From NCBI RefSeq assembly GCF_009914755.1, contig NC_060933.1: a stretch of 64,000 nt of DNA. The stretch is one strand, 5' to 3'. Position numbers and translations under genes: made by a program. The notes beneath the pieces were generated by a model, which was not told where the DNA came from, did not search any database, and worked only from the letters and a program-made list of their open reading frames with translations. Positions 1-18,083 of the stretch are shown here, piece after piece. The stretch is from the human T2T-CHM13v2.0 reference genome, Homo sapiens. Numbering within the stretch: the stretch's first letter is position 1; every line of letters starts with the position of its first letter.

Positions 1-186
1 CTATAGGTACACATCACCACACCTGGCTAATTTTTTTTAAATGTTTAAAACATTTTTTAAAGATCCCATGAGATGGGATCTCACTTTGTTGCCCAGGCTG
101 ATCTGAAACTCGTGGCCTGAAGCCATCCTCCCACATTGGCCTCCCAAAGTTTTGGGATTACAGGCTTGAGCCACTGAGCCCTGGCC
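1..186 (-). mobile_element. Alu (old, AluJ-like), cut by the window start
   Basis: ctcccaaagttttgggattacaggcttgagccactgagccctggcc is a reverse-complement Alu 5' end. Confidence 0.85.
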
Positions 187-998
187 CAAAGGGAACTAAT
201 TTAAATGCATCAAATATAGAATTACAGGGCCTATAGGGTCTTCCTATAGGCCTTTATAGATACATTTTTAAACTTTAATAGCTTGGGTTGCATGTCTGAT
301 AGAAACCATTTTGAAAATAGCATAAATGCTGGTGAGAGGTTCTGACATCTCAGCTTACCCTGTCATAATTGGTTTTTGCTAATCATAGGATTTAGGATCA
401 GAAGATACTGTATATTTGCATAACAATGCCTCCAAACATTTATAATATTGCTTTACATTCAATTTACAGTTTTTATTGTACTTAAATACAACCTCATTAA
501 AGTTTAAAAGTACATAAGCCTTTTATGAAGACCTCGCACATTGATAATCTTATTAAGTTTCCCCTATATTTTTTGGGAAGAGGACCTCTGCATTCTAAAA
601 CTTATTTTCTTTTGTTTTTGGCGGTTCTGAAGACTGCATGGTATTAAGAGACCATAGGGTTAACTATATTGCTTATTTCTGTTAAATTTTGCTCCTGTTG
701 GTTTGGGACATATACTTAGATTTCTGTGAAGTGAGATCACAGCATGGAATTTTGTGCTCCAGACCTAAAGGGCAACTGTTGCACATGGATTCCTGTTTGT
801 GAGAAAGAGATGGTAAGAAGAATCACAGAGAGCATCACGGAGTGATAAATTAATAAATAACTTGCTCAGTGAATGTACCACTTGAAAAATCCTTCTGCCA
901 TGACTATAAAGCTAAAATGTTTGCAATTTGAAAATCAGTTTGTATGGTCCCCTAAACTAAGTGAGCCTTGGCCCACAATTTGAATGCAGAATAACTGA

Positions 999-1172
<174 letters not shown>

Positions 1173-1594
1173 TAAGTTTTAAAAAGACCAAATCATGTTA
1201 CTTTTGTTAGATACTTCCTAAATCTGGATGTCTTCCAGTATTTTCTACACTCTATTGTTTGTTCAGAATATTTCATAATTTAAAATAATCCTTGTAAGAT
1301 TCTCTCCAATTCACTATTAGTACCTAATGCTTTTTATTTGTTCCCCATCCCGTGTTTATATGTTTTTGTTTTTATTTTATGTGATATTTCCAAAGATTTG
1401 AAATCATTGTATCTAGGAATGATTTTTCAGCACTGTGGCAGTTAAACTGGTGTGAAAGAGATGTAAATGACACAGAAATGGTCATCTTTGTCAGCATAAT
1501 TGACTATAAACTAGTTCAGGTGTTCTCGAAGTTTGAGTCTCATACGATCTGTCAGAGTCACCTGGTTAGGGGGAATATTAAAAAATTCAAGTGG

Positions 1595-1952
<358 letters not shown>

Positions 1953-3850
1953 TTATTTTTAACAGGCTCTTTGGGTAATTGTAAGAGTTCTGAACTGTAG
2001 GAACTACTGCTTAGACGAAATCTCCTGGGTTATCTGTACTGCCTTTCCTATCCAGAGAATCCCTTATTCTTAAATAGATTGCTATTTAAAGGAGAGATTT
2101 TTATATATTATATAAACATGTTCACATAAACCTACGAATATAGCAAGTTTGAAAGCATACCATTTTTTTTCCTGCTCACAGAAATAATGCACATTTATGG
2201 TAGGAAAAACACTGTAGCTCACAACTAAACTGAAATTAACTTTAACCCCACTAATCAGGGATAATCACTAATATGTTAGGACCCATTCTTGCATTATTAC
2301 ATTAACAAAATTGGAATTATACTGATTATTTCAAGTTTTCTTTTTCAAATTGCTTGATAAAATGATTCAGATGGGGCAGGCTTGGTGATATTTCTGTGAG
2401 GAGCTGTAGACGCTAATTGCAATGTGAATGTTCAGAGCTGGTAGCCATCTGCTTGGCTTCTCTCGTCCATTGGCCTGCTGAGTATCATGTCACATTCATA
2501 GGACAATCCTGTCCTTCATGGAGTGGGTATTTGGAACATCAGCCTGGGAGAGATGGCATTTGACCACATGGCTATGAACTTCCTCTGACTGGGGTCCCAG
2601 TTCAATTTAAGGGCCTATCTTTTCTTCTCCTAACCTGGTTCCTACCTTGTATACCTGTACCTAGACCTCGGCCTGGTTTCTTTCCAGCTAATTCTTGGCC
2701 TTGTTAACTGCCCTGCATCTGAATAATGTGAACCTGGAACTCTGTCTTGGGTTATCAGTCTTCCCAGCTGCTAAGAACCTCATGGCCAGAGTCTCCTAAG
2801 ACCTGCTGGTTGCTTGCTATCCTACTAAGCACTGAATATAGGCCATACATCTTTCAGGACAAGATATTTACACTCCTACCACCCCATTCCCCAAGACCCT
2901 GCCACATTGCCCTGCCCTTTATTAATTTACCTCTGTATCTTTGCTGGAGCTCTGTTCCCTGGCCATCTGGCTTCCGTACACCTATTCCCAGGCTCTGACC
3001 TTACTCAGTGGCTTGGGTCCAGTTTCCATGGCCTTGTCCTTTTGGAGCTGGGCTTATTTCTACTGCCTGTAGCCATTCTCATCATTATCTTACTTTTTCA
3101 TCCTGGAGTCAAAGAATTTTGCTTTTTATTTTGATGTATAATAGATACATGATTTCATGGGTAGGCCTAAAACATTATCGAAACCCCCTGCCCAACATCC
3201 ACCTGGTTCATAGCATGGTGCATAACACAGGATTATTGGTTGCAAGTTATAGGACCCCCAACTCACTGGCTTAAGTAAAAAAGAAATGTATTATCTCACC
3301 TAACAGATAAATGCAGGAGAATTTAGGTGCTTCTAAATGACTGCAGGAAGGTGATTTTCCCCCATCTTCTGGCTCTGCTTTCTTATGTGTTCTCTTCATT
3401 GGGTGGCCACCATTGGTTGCAGGATTAGCTCCTACAAGTTTCTTCTTTCCCTCAATAGAAACAGCTTTCCTTACCTAGAAGTTTGAGTAAAGGTCTCAGT
3501 ACCAAATTCCATTGGCCAGCCTGGGGCAGGTACTCATCCCCTTGAGCCAGGGTTGACCACAGTTGAACCATGTCGACTGAGAGTGGCAGAGGGGTAATTT
3601 CCTAAAGGAACATCAGGCTGTTGTCACTAAGAAGAGGAGGAAGAGCTTCAGGTCAAACAGTAACCCTAGGCTTTCAACACAGTCTCCAGTAAATAGTTGT
3701 CCAAGGATTGCATAAATAAATGAGTGAATTAGGGAAGACAAAGTAGTATTGTAACATTACCATATTTCTTGTAGTAAATCCACCCAAGTTAAAGCACTTG
3801 GTAGAGCATCACTTGTTCTCAATCTTTGACCACATGAGTTTATGTATTGA

Positions 3851-4219
<369 letters not shown>

Positions 4220-4228
4220 TAAGACTAG

Positions 4229-4585
<357 letters not shown>

Positions 4586-5027
4586 TAGTTAGTAGTAGTT
4601 TTTCAGCTAATTAGCTGAAAAAGTCCAGGGGCTGGTTTGGCTTTAGATATGGCTTGATCAGGGGCCCCAACAATGTCTCCAGGACCTGGTGGCTCCACAG
4701 GCAGAAAAAGCTGTCCCTTTCTTGAAAGGTGGCTGCAGCTGCTCCTGACCTTATATTCTCCCAAGTTTCAATGCCTTTATGGAGCATTCCCAGTAACGGT
4801 CTCATGTCCTGTGCCCCATTCTGAATCAGTCCCTGTGGCCATGCCTGAGTTGCATTCTACCTCTGGGCTGTAGGTTTCATTGGCTCCCCTGGAACTACGT
4901 GGGCTGAGAGTAGGTGAGGGCTGGGGTTCCAAGAAGAAACTACTAGTCCATCAATGGATGTAGGATAGATGGATACTGGGTGACAAGTAAAAACTCAGAT
5001 ATCTCCCATGCCTTTTGAAAAAATTTA

Positions 5028-5201
5028 CTTTATTTTATTTTGTTGAGACAGAGTCTTTCTGTGTTGCCCGGGTTGGAGTACAGTGGCTCTTCACAGGCAG
5101 GATCATAGCACACTGTAGCCTCCAGCTCCTGGGCTCAAGTGATCCTCCCACCTTAGCCTCCTAAATATCTGGGACTATGGGCACATACCACCATGCCCAC
5201 C
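5028..5201 (-). mobile_element. Alu monomer/partial (AluJ/FRAM-like)
   Basis: Right-arm sequence only; tcccatgcc on both flanks. Confidence 0.8.
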
Positions 5202-5453
5202 TTCCCATGCCATTTTTGAAGATGATTTGTTCCCAGTAAAAGTCGAAAGGTTGGATCGCTCATCCTCTCAGGATGTTGATAACGATGGTAACAAAGGATG
5301 AGGCTGGGAGGTTGCTTTCACTCGTGCAATGCTTTGGAGTCAGTTAGTCTTTCCCTGCTAGGGGAGGCCTGTCAGTCTCCTGGTTGACTCCCATCTATGT
5401 AAGGAAAGAGGAGAGTGAAAAGTGCAAAGTCTCAAACTTGTCTTCTGTGATAG

Positions 5454-5626
5454 AAATTCCAGATCCAAGCACCTGGAACCTCAACCCAGATGCCTCCTAC
5501 GTGTATTATTGCGCAAATGAGACGGTGCATGGTGTGGAGTTTGACTTTATACCCGATGTCAAGGGAGCAGTACTGGTTTGTGACATGTCCTCAAACTTCC
5601 TGTCCAAGCCAGTGGATGTTTCCAAG
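5454..5626 (+). CDS. PSAT1: PSAT1 coding exon 5 (173 nt)
   Basis: gatag|AAATTCCA...TCCAAG|gtag; [29 protein letters not shown]...[16 protein letters not shown] (NET and DMSS motifs). Confidence 0.98.
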
Positions 5627-6139
5627 GTAGAGTATAAAAGGCAGGGTGAGGGGAACCCACTGACTCGGTTTCTGCAGGGACATTTTAATATATACAAGAG
5701 CGGGAAGAACCATGGGTGTTTGAGGCCTGCAGAACCCCTGAGCCAGTGCAGCTGCCAGTGAGCAGGCTGCCAGGTGCGAATTCCCAGCTGTTGCAGTGCC
5801 TGAGTCCTGCTGTTCCCAGCCTCGTGGTGATGTTTGCCTCACAGGGTCCCACTCGAGTCCTTGGGGAACTACCTGCTTTTGAGAGTGGTTCTTAGAAACG
5901 TGTTTGGTCAACAGACGGGGAGAGACTTGTCTTCAAGAGCAGATGCAGATTATCCCGAGCCCAGGGGACCTATGTGAGGGAGCTTCCCCTTGCCTGGTAC
6001 CCACCTCCAAAAGCATCAACAGGATACCGTTTTATGAGTGGCTTGCCAAGGCAGGGCAGTGGGACTGGCGCTGTAGGTACATGCCCCAGGGTGCGATGCG
6101 GGTAGAGAATCTAAGAACAACAGTTGAACTGACTGAGTG

Positions 6140-6600
6140 GTATTCTGCCTTTTTAATTGGGATAAAATATAACAAATTTTACCATTTAATATAAAATATA
6201 CCATTTTAACCATTTTTAAATATACTGGTCAGTGGCATTGAGAGCATTCACATTGTTGTGCAGGCATCACCACCATCCATCTCCAGAACTTTTACATCTT
6301 CTCAGATGAAATCTGTACATTAAACACTAACTCCCTCTCTCCCCACCGTCCAGCCCCTGGCAGCCTCCATTCTAGTTTCTGTCTCTGTGAATTTGACTAC
6401 TCTAGGTATCTCCTAGAAGTGAATCATGTACTATTTGTCCTTTTGTGTCTGGCTTATTGCACTTAGCAGAATGTCTTCAAGGTTCTATTGCACTTAGCAG
6501 AATGTCTTCAAGGTTCGTCCTTGTTGTACTGTGTGTCAGAACTTCCTTTCTTTTTAAAGGCTGAATAATAATTGTTTAGATATACTGTATTTGGTTTATG
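6140..6600 (-). mobile_element. Old L1 (L1MB-like) 3' fragment
   Basis: aacaaattttaccatt...cattcacattgttgtgca...ctggcttatt..cacttagca pattern typical of the antisense L1M 3'UTR. Confidence 0.7.
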
Positions 6601-6899
6601 GTCTGCTTTTTATTATCGCCAGGCACTGGCAATTTTAAATAACTATAAATTACTTTCCCCCACCCCCAACTTCCTGCCAACGCTCAATTTTCCTAAGGGT
6701 TTCATGGAGAGAGGCATGGGAGAGGGTTCTGTATCTTGCACAACAGAATTACCTAAAGTACCTTTAAGCCTCTGTTTTCTATAATTTCTTCTCCCTCAGG
6801 CAGCTTGTCCCATCCCTTCTCTTTGTCATAACAGTCCCTTTCTCAGCACCTTCTGACTGTTCTTTTATACAAATGTAAATAGATTAAAAAATCTGTTTT

Positions 6900-7249
<350 letters not shown>

Positions 7250-7529
7250 CTACTTTGGGGGTAGAAAGGAGGTGTGCAGAGCGAATGTGAATATGTGCCA
7301 GGACTTTGCAGTGATGGGCTTGGGTTAGCCCCATCCAGGTGAGGACCAGGCTGACGGATCATCCTCAGGCTTTGGAACTCTGAGTATGGGTTTGCTGTCC
7401 ACATGGAGATTGCTTTAGAGCATGAACTGCTCCCTACACAGGATAGAGTCATTTCCTTAAAAAAATTGTGCTTCGGGAAGAGTTGGGAAGTTTGCATACA
7501 TGTATGAAAAATGGCCAAATCCTTCTTAA

Positions 7530-7724
<195 letters not shown>

Positions 7725-7812
7725 TAACTCTGGGAGTCAGTCTTGTGGACCCAGGGAGGGGTCTCACTATTTTTCATCAAAGCGGAGGTTACATTTTAAA
7801 ATAAAACATGTA

Positions 7813-8370
<558 letters not shown>

Positions 8371-8488
8371 TCAAACAGCCAGTGCAGCTTTGGAGAAGAA
8401 CTTTCAAAAGCTGGGCCTCCCCTGCCTTCATTTCTTTCTCTGTCGGGCCTGCGGGAAGCTGGCTGCCTGACAGAACATACTGGCTTAA

Positions 8489-8802
<314 letters not shown>

Positions 8803-8994
8803 AACATCTTTCTGTATTTTAGCCTAATCTGAAGGGGTCCTTTTAGCCTGGCTCTCATTCGCTGAGTGGGGGCTGCGTTGCAGCACTTCAGGAAGAGCAG
8901 GGTTGCCCTGCCTCAGGATCCTATAACTCCCAAACTTGGGTATTTTGAGAAAATCTTCATGGCTCTTAAGATTTACAATTGCCTAAGAGAGTCT

Positions 8995-9480
8995 AGTATT
9001 TACTAGCTGTGTGACCTTAGGCAAGTCACTTAACATGTCTGTGTGGTAGGTTCTAGAAGTAATAATAGTACCACTTTCACTGGGTTGCTGTGAAGATTAA
9101 CATACATATAAATAAATCTGTGTATATATATAAAAATTTTAAATTTTGCACTGAGTACCTGGCACTTGGTGATTGATAAATATTAGCTGCTATGTTGTTA
9201 TTGTTATTGTGAGTTCTCAGAGCCTCAGCAGGAGCAGACACAAGGGAAGAGCTGGAGTTTGTAGATTTATCTTTCTAGGGCCACTATGATGCAGAATGGT
9301 GTTGCTTTATGTGTATGACCGTTTAATCCTCCCAACGACCCTAGTAGGTAGCCAGTGTTATGATCATGATTCCCATTTTGCAAGTGAGGAAGCCGAGGTC
9401 ATATTTTAGGAAGTGGCCTGGCTGGGGTGTGAACCCAGGCCACCTGACTCTAGATCCTGGGTATGTACATTCTGCCATTA
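8995..9480. mobile_element. Two MIR remnants in opposite orientations
   Basis: tactagctgtgtgaccttaggcaagtcacttaac (9001) and cccattttgcaagtgaggaagccgagg (9372) MIR core motifs. Confidence 0.7.
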
Positions 9481-9715
9481 GTGCTCTCTCTTCACCAGCA
9501 AAAGGATGAGTGTGGATTTGCGTGTGTTTGCAGGATTCTGCCTTAGGAGAATAGTTCACTGTTGGAGTCCAGCTCTTCTCTCAACAGGATTTTCTTGTCT
9601 TGGTGGAAGTTCTCTTAAAGGAGCGTAGGAAAGAGGGGGCTCAGGCTGGTGCAGTTAGTGGTTCCATCTGGGCCAGGATTTTGTCAGAGCTTCCCCTCCT
9701 CCAGGTGCTGCTTAG

Positions 9716-10045
<330 letters not shown>

Positions 10046-10695
10046 GAATTTTTTTCAATGTTAGAATTCTGGTGAAAATTCTGCTAGGTTTCTGCTTGGT
10101 CACATGATGCAGAGCAGCAGCTCCTCACATTGTGTCTCCCACTTTCCTCAGGGGAGTGTTCTGGGATGCACTCTCCTGGTCACCTCTAAACCCTACTGTC
10201 TTTTACCTTGGTTGAAATGTTTCTAAAATGCATGGTAGGGATGGGAGTGGGGCTGAGTCTTACCTCCCACTCGCCTGTCTTACCTCTGGGGAAGCACCAG
10301 TGGTCACTGGCCAACTGGGACACAAGAACTGGGCAGGCTGAGCGGTGAGGGTGCAGCTGGGGTCCTCAAGTGCTGGCCTCCGGGGGAAGGGGCCGAGATG
10401 CCAGGCTGCACATGGCAGGTAGAGGTACAGGAGGCTGTCCTTACCTGTTTGGAGATGGGGCCAGGGCCTGCCTTGCAGCTAGAGGAGGCTTTCAGAGGAG
10501 CCCAAGACCATCACCCATTTCAGAAGTGAGAAGGTGGGAGGGGGCAGGGAAAGAGTGCTGTTCCTGAACTGTCCCACAGCCTGTAGGCCAGCAAGTTGCG
10601 ATCAGGGTACAGCTTGGGGCAGGGCAGACAGTCACTCTCTGGTACCTTCTTCAAGGGTTACCTTGAAGAGCATTTTTTTAAAAAGGAATGAACAC

Positions 10696-11284
<589 letters not shown>

Positions 11285-11483
11285 TCAAATCGTTGCTCCG
11301 TAGCCCTGAGTGATGAACTAGAGTGGAATAAAGAACACACTGCTGTTCTCTTTAACCCTTCAGTAGAACACACTAACCCCAATTAGTGCATAGAGAAAAA
11401 GATCCCTAAACTTCCCTTCTGACTGCACAAAATATTTTTTACTTACCATGACTAACTGAATACACAAGCATACATTTGTTTTA

Positions 11484-11882
<399 letters not shown>

Positions 11883-12238
11883 AATGGGAGCATGCAAATT
11901 AAGTTTGTGGGCCTGTTTGGAAGGCTTCACTGGTCCCAGACTACCTTCTCCCAGTGGGATGGGGATGCCTGGAATCCTGGAATTCACAGAGGGGTGTGTA
12001 GTGGAGCCAGTTTTGGGAGCTTTCCTCTGGGAAAAGTGCTCAACTCAGTGGCTGCATTCACCGATTCCTGAGAAAACTGTGCCATAACATCAACTTCAGA
12101 ACCTCATCTGCAGAGCTGGAGTCTTAGAACAGCCAGGGAGAGTTTTCCAGGGGACTTTCTGGTGTCCTTTTCTAAGCCCTGGTGTACAGGGACTATTTTG
12201 TATTGCTTTAAAAAATTTATAACAGTGATATACTCTTA

Positions 12239-12545
<307 letters not shown>

Positions 12546-12781
12546 AACAGTAACATACTCTTAGCAAAGACTTGCAGGTGGGCAGTCACCAGGGTAGCCA
12601 CTGTTCACTGCTTGCTTTGTATCCTAACAGACTCTTGGAACTGGGCATATGCAAATATACAGAGTCATATATTTAATCATGCAAATGGAACTTGAACTTT
12701 ACCATACAAATTGTTCTGTGAATTCTATTTTTCCACTCCACAATATACCATGGGCATTCTGCTATGTCAGCTCAAATGCCT

Positions 12782-13279
<498 letters not shown>

Positions 13280-13376
13280 TAAGCTGTGTAAGCGTTTTAG
13301 AGCCCTTGTGTTTTCAAGATTTTAGACGGTATGGGAGTTGAAACATGAGTTAATAAAGAACTGGAAGCCACGAGGG

Positions 13377-13779
13377 TCCTGTGTTAAGTAGAGTCACAGG
13401 GGCTAGACATCAGTGCTCTGCAGAGGGCTGGGTGGGAGGGGAGGCAGGACCTCCTATCCTGTGTTAAGTAGAGCCACAGGGGCTAGACATCAGTGCTCTG
13501 CAGAGGGCTGGGTGGGAGGGGAGGCAGGACCTCCTGTCCTGTGTTAAGTAGAGCCACAGGGGCTAGACATCAGTGCTCTGCAGAGGGCTGGGTGGGAGGG
13601 GAGGCAGGACCTCCTATCCTGTGTTAAGTAGAGTCACAGGGGCTAGACATCAGTGCTCTGCAGAGGGCTGGGTGGGAGGGGAGGCAGGACCTCCTATCTT
13701 GTGTTAAGTAGAGTCACAGGGGCTAGACATCAGTGCTCTGCAGAGGGCTGGGTGGGAGGGGAGGCAGGACCTCCTATCC
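13377..13779. repeat. Minisatellite, 80-bp unit x 5
   Basis: gtgttaagta recurs at 13381, 13461, 13541, 13621 and 13701; units differ at only a few positions. Confidence 0.99.
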
Positions 13780-16412
13780 CAGGGATGTCTTCAGTCTTCA
13801 GGACAGCTTGCTTGCTTCTGAGTTGTCTGCCTCTTGTTGAGGCTTCATAGAGCCAAGTTATGGGTGCTGGCTCCAGGCAGCCCCTAAAAGTGGGTGAGCT
13901 TTCTGCTGGCCTTGCCTCCTCAGATCCCATTAAGAAAGCCAGAGATCATGGGCGGCGAGTGTGAGCACAGCAGTCAGCTAGGGGTTCAGGCGTCGGTACT
14001 GAGGTCTGGCTAGGACGGTGGACCTGACATGGGCCTTGCTGCACTTTGGATTTAGAGAAACCAAATCCACAGTGCAGCAAGGGCCCATGTCAGCTTTGAA
14101 ACCCTGGGCTAACACAGAGCTTCAGGCAAAAGGGAAGCTTGGTCACCTGGAAGTATTGTTGGTGACCTGGGCTCTGCTTGGATTCAATCACATGGCAGGG
14201 TGTGTTTCTGTGGTTCTGTGTGGAGGTGGGGGGTGAACAGGCTGCAGGTGTGGGAGAGGAGCAGTTGGAAGTGAAGTGGGAATTGCAGAGCATCTGATGA
14301 ACAGAGGGCTGGGCAGCCTCGTGTCTGGAATGCACACCCACGTGCATGTGTGCTGTGTGCTGGACTTGGCCACTGTCACTGGTGTGTGGTGATAGCTCTG
14401 CAGTCCCACTCGCAGGGGAGCTAGTGGCTGGAGCCCTGCAGCCCCTGGCAAAGCAGAGGGCCTGCATACTTGTGGGAAGAGCTTGCATTCTTGGAGTCAG
14501 ACAGGCTAGAGTTGGAGTCCTGGCTTTAAGCTGCTTGCCAGATGACTTGAGGCAAAGTTAAGCTCTCTGAGCCTCAGTTTCCTCATCTGGAAAATGGGAT
14601 GACGGTGGCTCTAACCCGAGGATTATTGTGATCAATAAAGATAGGCTGAGGCCACAGTAGACTTCAGGAAGTACTCATTCCCTTCTCTTACTTTCTCTCT
14701 TCTGTCTCTTTTGTCCCTCTGACTTCTTGGACGTTAGCCAGAGAGCTACCGCTGAGGCTGTGGATATTCTCAGGGGCTGTTTCCTCTTCCTCCCTGCCTT
14801 CCCTTTCTGCCAGCAGCCACTCTTGCTCTTTCTTCCCAGTGCTGTCTGGGGAGGTAGGCTGGGGAAGCTTCAGGAGAGGTTGTTGGATGTTTGTGGCTGC
14901 TGGCTGCTCCCTGCCTAAGGCCCCTCTGGGCAGCCCGGTGTTGGCTTTTGCCAACATGAGCTGGCATGAGCCACTGCACCCAGGCCTTGGGTCCCACTTG
15001 AGACAGTGAATGAGCCAGTTGGTATAGGGGGCTTCCCTGTGACAAGCTGCTGGCTGTTAGAGCATTTTCCAGACCCCATAATGTCCCCTCCTGTTAATAA
15101 AGGAGGAAGCAGCTGGGTATCCCCACCCTAGATCTTAGCTGAGCATTGACTCCCAGTAAATTTTTGCACAATTCCCATAGGGGATCTTTGATTCACACCT
15201 CTGGAGAGGGCATAGTTGGCAGCTGACCTCCAGACTCCCAGCTCAAGGGAGATGGTGTCTTCCCTGGGCGACCTCTCCTCCTGTGCCCTGAGCTTTTACT
15301 GAGTACACGTGGAGCCTTTAGCACCTTCTTAAGGAGAGGGGTTTTCAGACTGGGGAAAACCATGCACCGCTCCTCAGTGTTTCATATTTTCAGCTTAAGT
15401 TTGAAGGGACTACTGACTGCCATTTGTGTGGCCCACCTGCCACGTGCCAGGCCCTGTGCTAAGCGTTGGTCTGGCAGGAAGAAGTTGAAATACTTGGTTC
15501 AGAAAGGGATGGTCCTGAGCTGCGGGAAGGGCCCAGGTGCAGCTGGACTTCCTGGAACCAGGGACACAAATCCTCCTCCATCTGCTCTCCACTTCTGATC
15601 CTGGCTTCTCTCAGCGGGAATGTTGGCTTCATTTTCAGATGGGCCTTCTTCAGATGTTTCCTAGAAACATGATCCCCTAGGGCTCTCATCTCCTGTCTCA
15701 CAGTTGCACTAATATTCTGCCGCTTTTTCTGCTCTCCCCACTCTTTCTCCCCACACCCAATTCAGAAAATCTCAGGGAAGGCCCTGATTGGCCCAGTTAG
15801 GTCCTATGCCGAACTCTGAGACCAGGGAGCCAAGGGGCCTTGTTGGACCTGCATACTGGCTGGAGGGTGGAGTTGGGAAGAGCAGGGTGGATAAAATGCC
15901 AGGTGTCCACCACAGGTAGGTGGATCTCCCGGTTCCAGATGGGAAAACCGAGGTGACTAATTCTGGGTAGTCTGTTAGTGAGTGGCTGCCCTACAATGGG
16001 AGTCAGGACTGGGAGGGGGAGCCCGTCCTTTTAACCCCTCGGCCACAGTGCTCTCTGCTGGCTGGAAGGCACTGTGCTAAGGCTGTGGGTAGAAAAGATG
16101 AACAGCGTGGGCTTCTAGCCTTCCAAGACCACAGAGGCCAAACAACAGGCACACAGAAACTTAAAAGAGCAAGTGGAAAAAAACTATGCAGGTAATATGG
16201 GCAAGGCGCTCTGGGAGTTCAGGAAGTGAAGAGCTCGCTCTGGGTAGGGGTGGGATTGGGGTCTGCTGATGCCTTCTGGTGGAGATAAGGAAGTGTGTTC
16301 TGGCTCTCAAGAAGAGTTTACATTAGGGCTTAAGCTGGACAAGGAGGGACTGATATGATGTTTAGTGAAAAATCTGATTAAACCTTTTTCTGAATGGCCC
16401 TCAGGGATCTAG

Positions 16413-16785
<373 letters not shown>

Positions 16786-16857
16786 ATCTTGTCTATTTCA
16801 AATAATGTGTTTAAGTCTGTTTTAATGCACCTTAAACAGCAGTTTGCTTGAATATAG

Positions 16858-17040
<183 letters not shown>

Positions 17041-17645
17041 TAAGTCAATGGATTTTATCTCCTATTTTGCCTCTTGTGAATTTAAAACTGTGTATATACT
17101 GTGTACCGTTGAAAAGTGGACATATTCACCTTTCTCTGAGACATTAAAATACTGGTGAGTGTGTGTGGTCCTGGGCCCCATGAGCAGGGGAGTGGGTGGT
17201 GAGTTTTTCCCTCCTGTACCTCACCCTGGGGCTCTCAGGCTTTGGGACCTGTGTCCCAGTGGGTGGTGATGTTTCTCACACCAAAGACATCGCCCTGGGG
17301 AAGAATCTCAGTTCACCCCCTGGGGTAGGTCCCGTCTATTCCCTCCTTTGTATATCTTCTGGGAAAAAAACAAATGTACTTTCTGAAATGTGTCAATTTA
17401 AGGACTCCTGTTAGCGATCTTTGGGACAAATACTCCTGTCCTCCTCTTCTGCGTTATTTCCCTTTTTAAGAAAATTCACTCCTTTCCTTATTATAAGACA
17501 GATGCTGTTATCCCAGAGTCTGTGAATGGAATTGGCTTTGGCATGGGCTGACTCCAGTTTAAATATTCCCATGAACAAATGATTAATGAGTATGTCTTAA
17601 CCACTGCCCCTGCACCTGGGAATTCTGCAGAAAATGTCTGGGTCT

Positions 17646-18083
17646 TGTATTAGTTTCCTGGGGCTGGTGTAACAAAGTACTACAGACTTAGTGGCTCAAA
17701 ACATCAGAAAACTGATTCTCACTCTTCTGGGGCCAGAAGTTCGAAATCAAAATGTCAGCAGGGTTTTGGTCCCTCCAGAGAGCCATGCCTTGCCTCCTTT
17801 AGATTCTAGTGGCTCAGGGTGGTCCTTGATTTGTGGCTGCATCACTCCAGCCTCCACATCTGTCTTCACATGGCCTCCTTTCTGCCGTGTCTTCCCTTCT
17901 GTCTCTTAAAAAGAGAGGTCTTTGGATTTAGGGCCTGTCCAGATAATCCAGGATCATCTCATCTCGAGATCCTTCACATAATGACATCTGCAAAGTCCTT
18001 TTTTTCCAAATAGGTCATATTCACAGATTCTGGGGGTTAGGACATGCGCATACCTTTTCAGGGTCACCATTCAATCCACAACA
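17646..18083 (-). mobile_element. MaLR solo LTR (MLT1B/C-like)
   Basis: TGTATTAGTTTCCT...taacaaagtactacagactt...attcaatccacaACA termini. Confidence 0.8.

Noticed and set aside
7771-7779. ATF4/C-EBP composite-like site (TGATGAAAA on the - strand) just after exon 6
   Set aside because: PSAT1 is an ATF4 target, but this degenerate 9-mer is expected several times by chance in 64 kb (similar ones at ~22338 and ~53407 fall in L1 remnants)
13377-13779. Regular array resembling CRISPR
   Set aside because: Units are contiguous and near-identical with no unique spacers; eukaryotic intron; no cas genes
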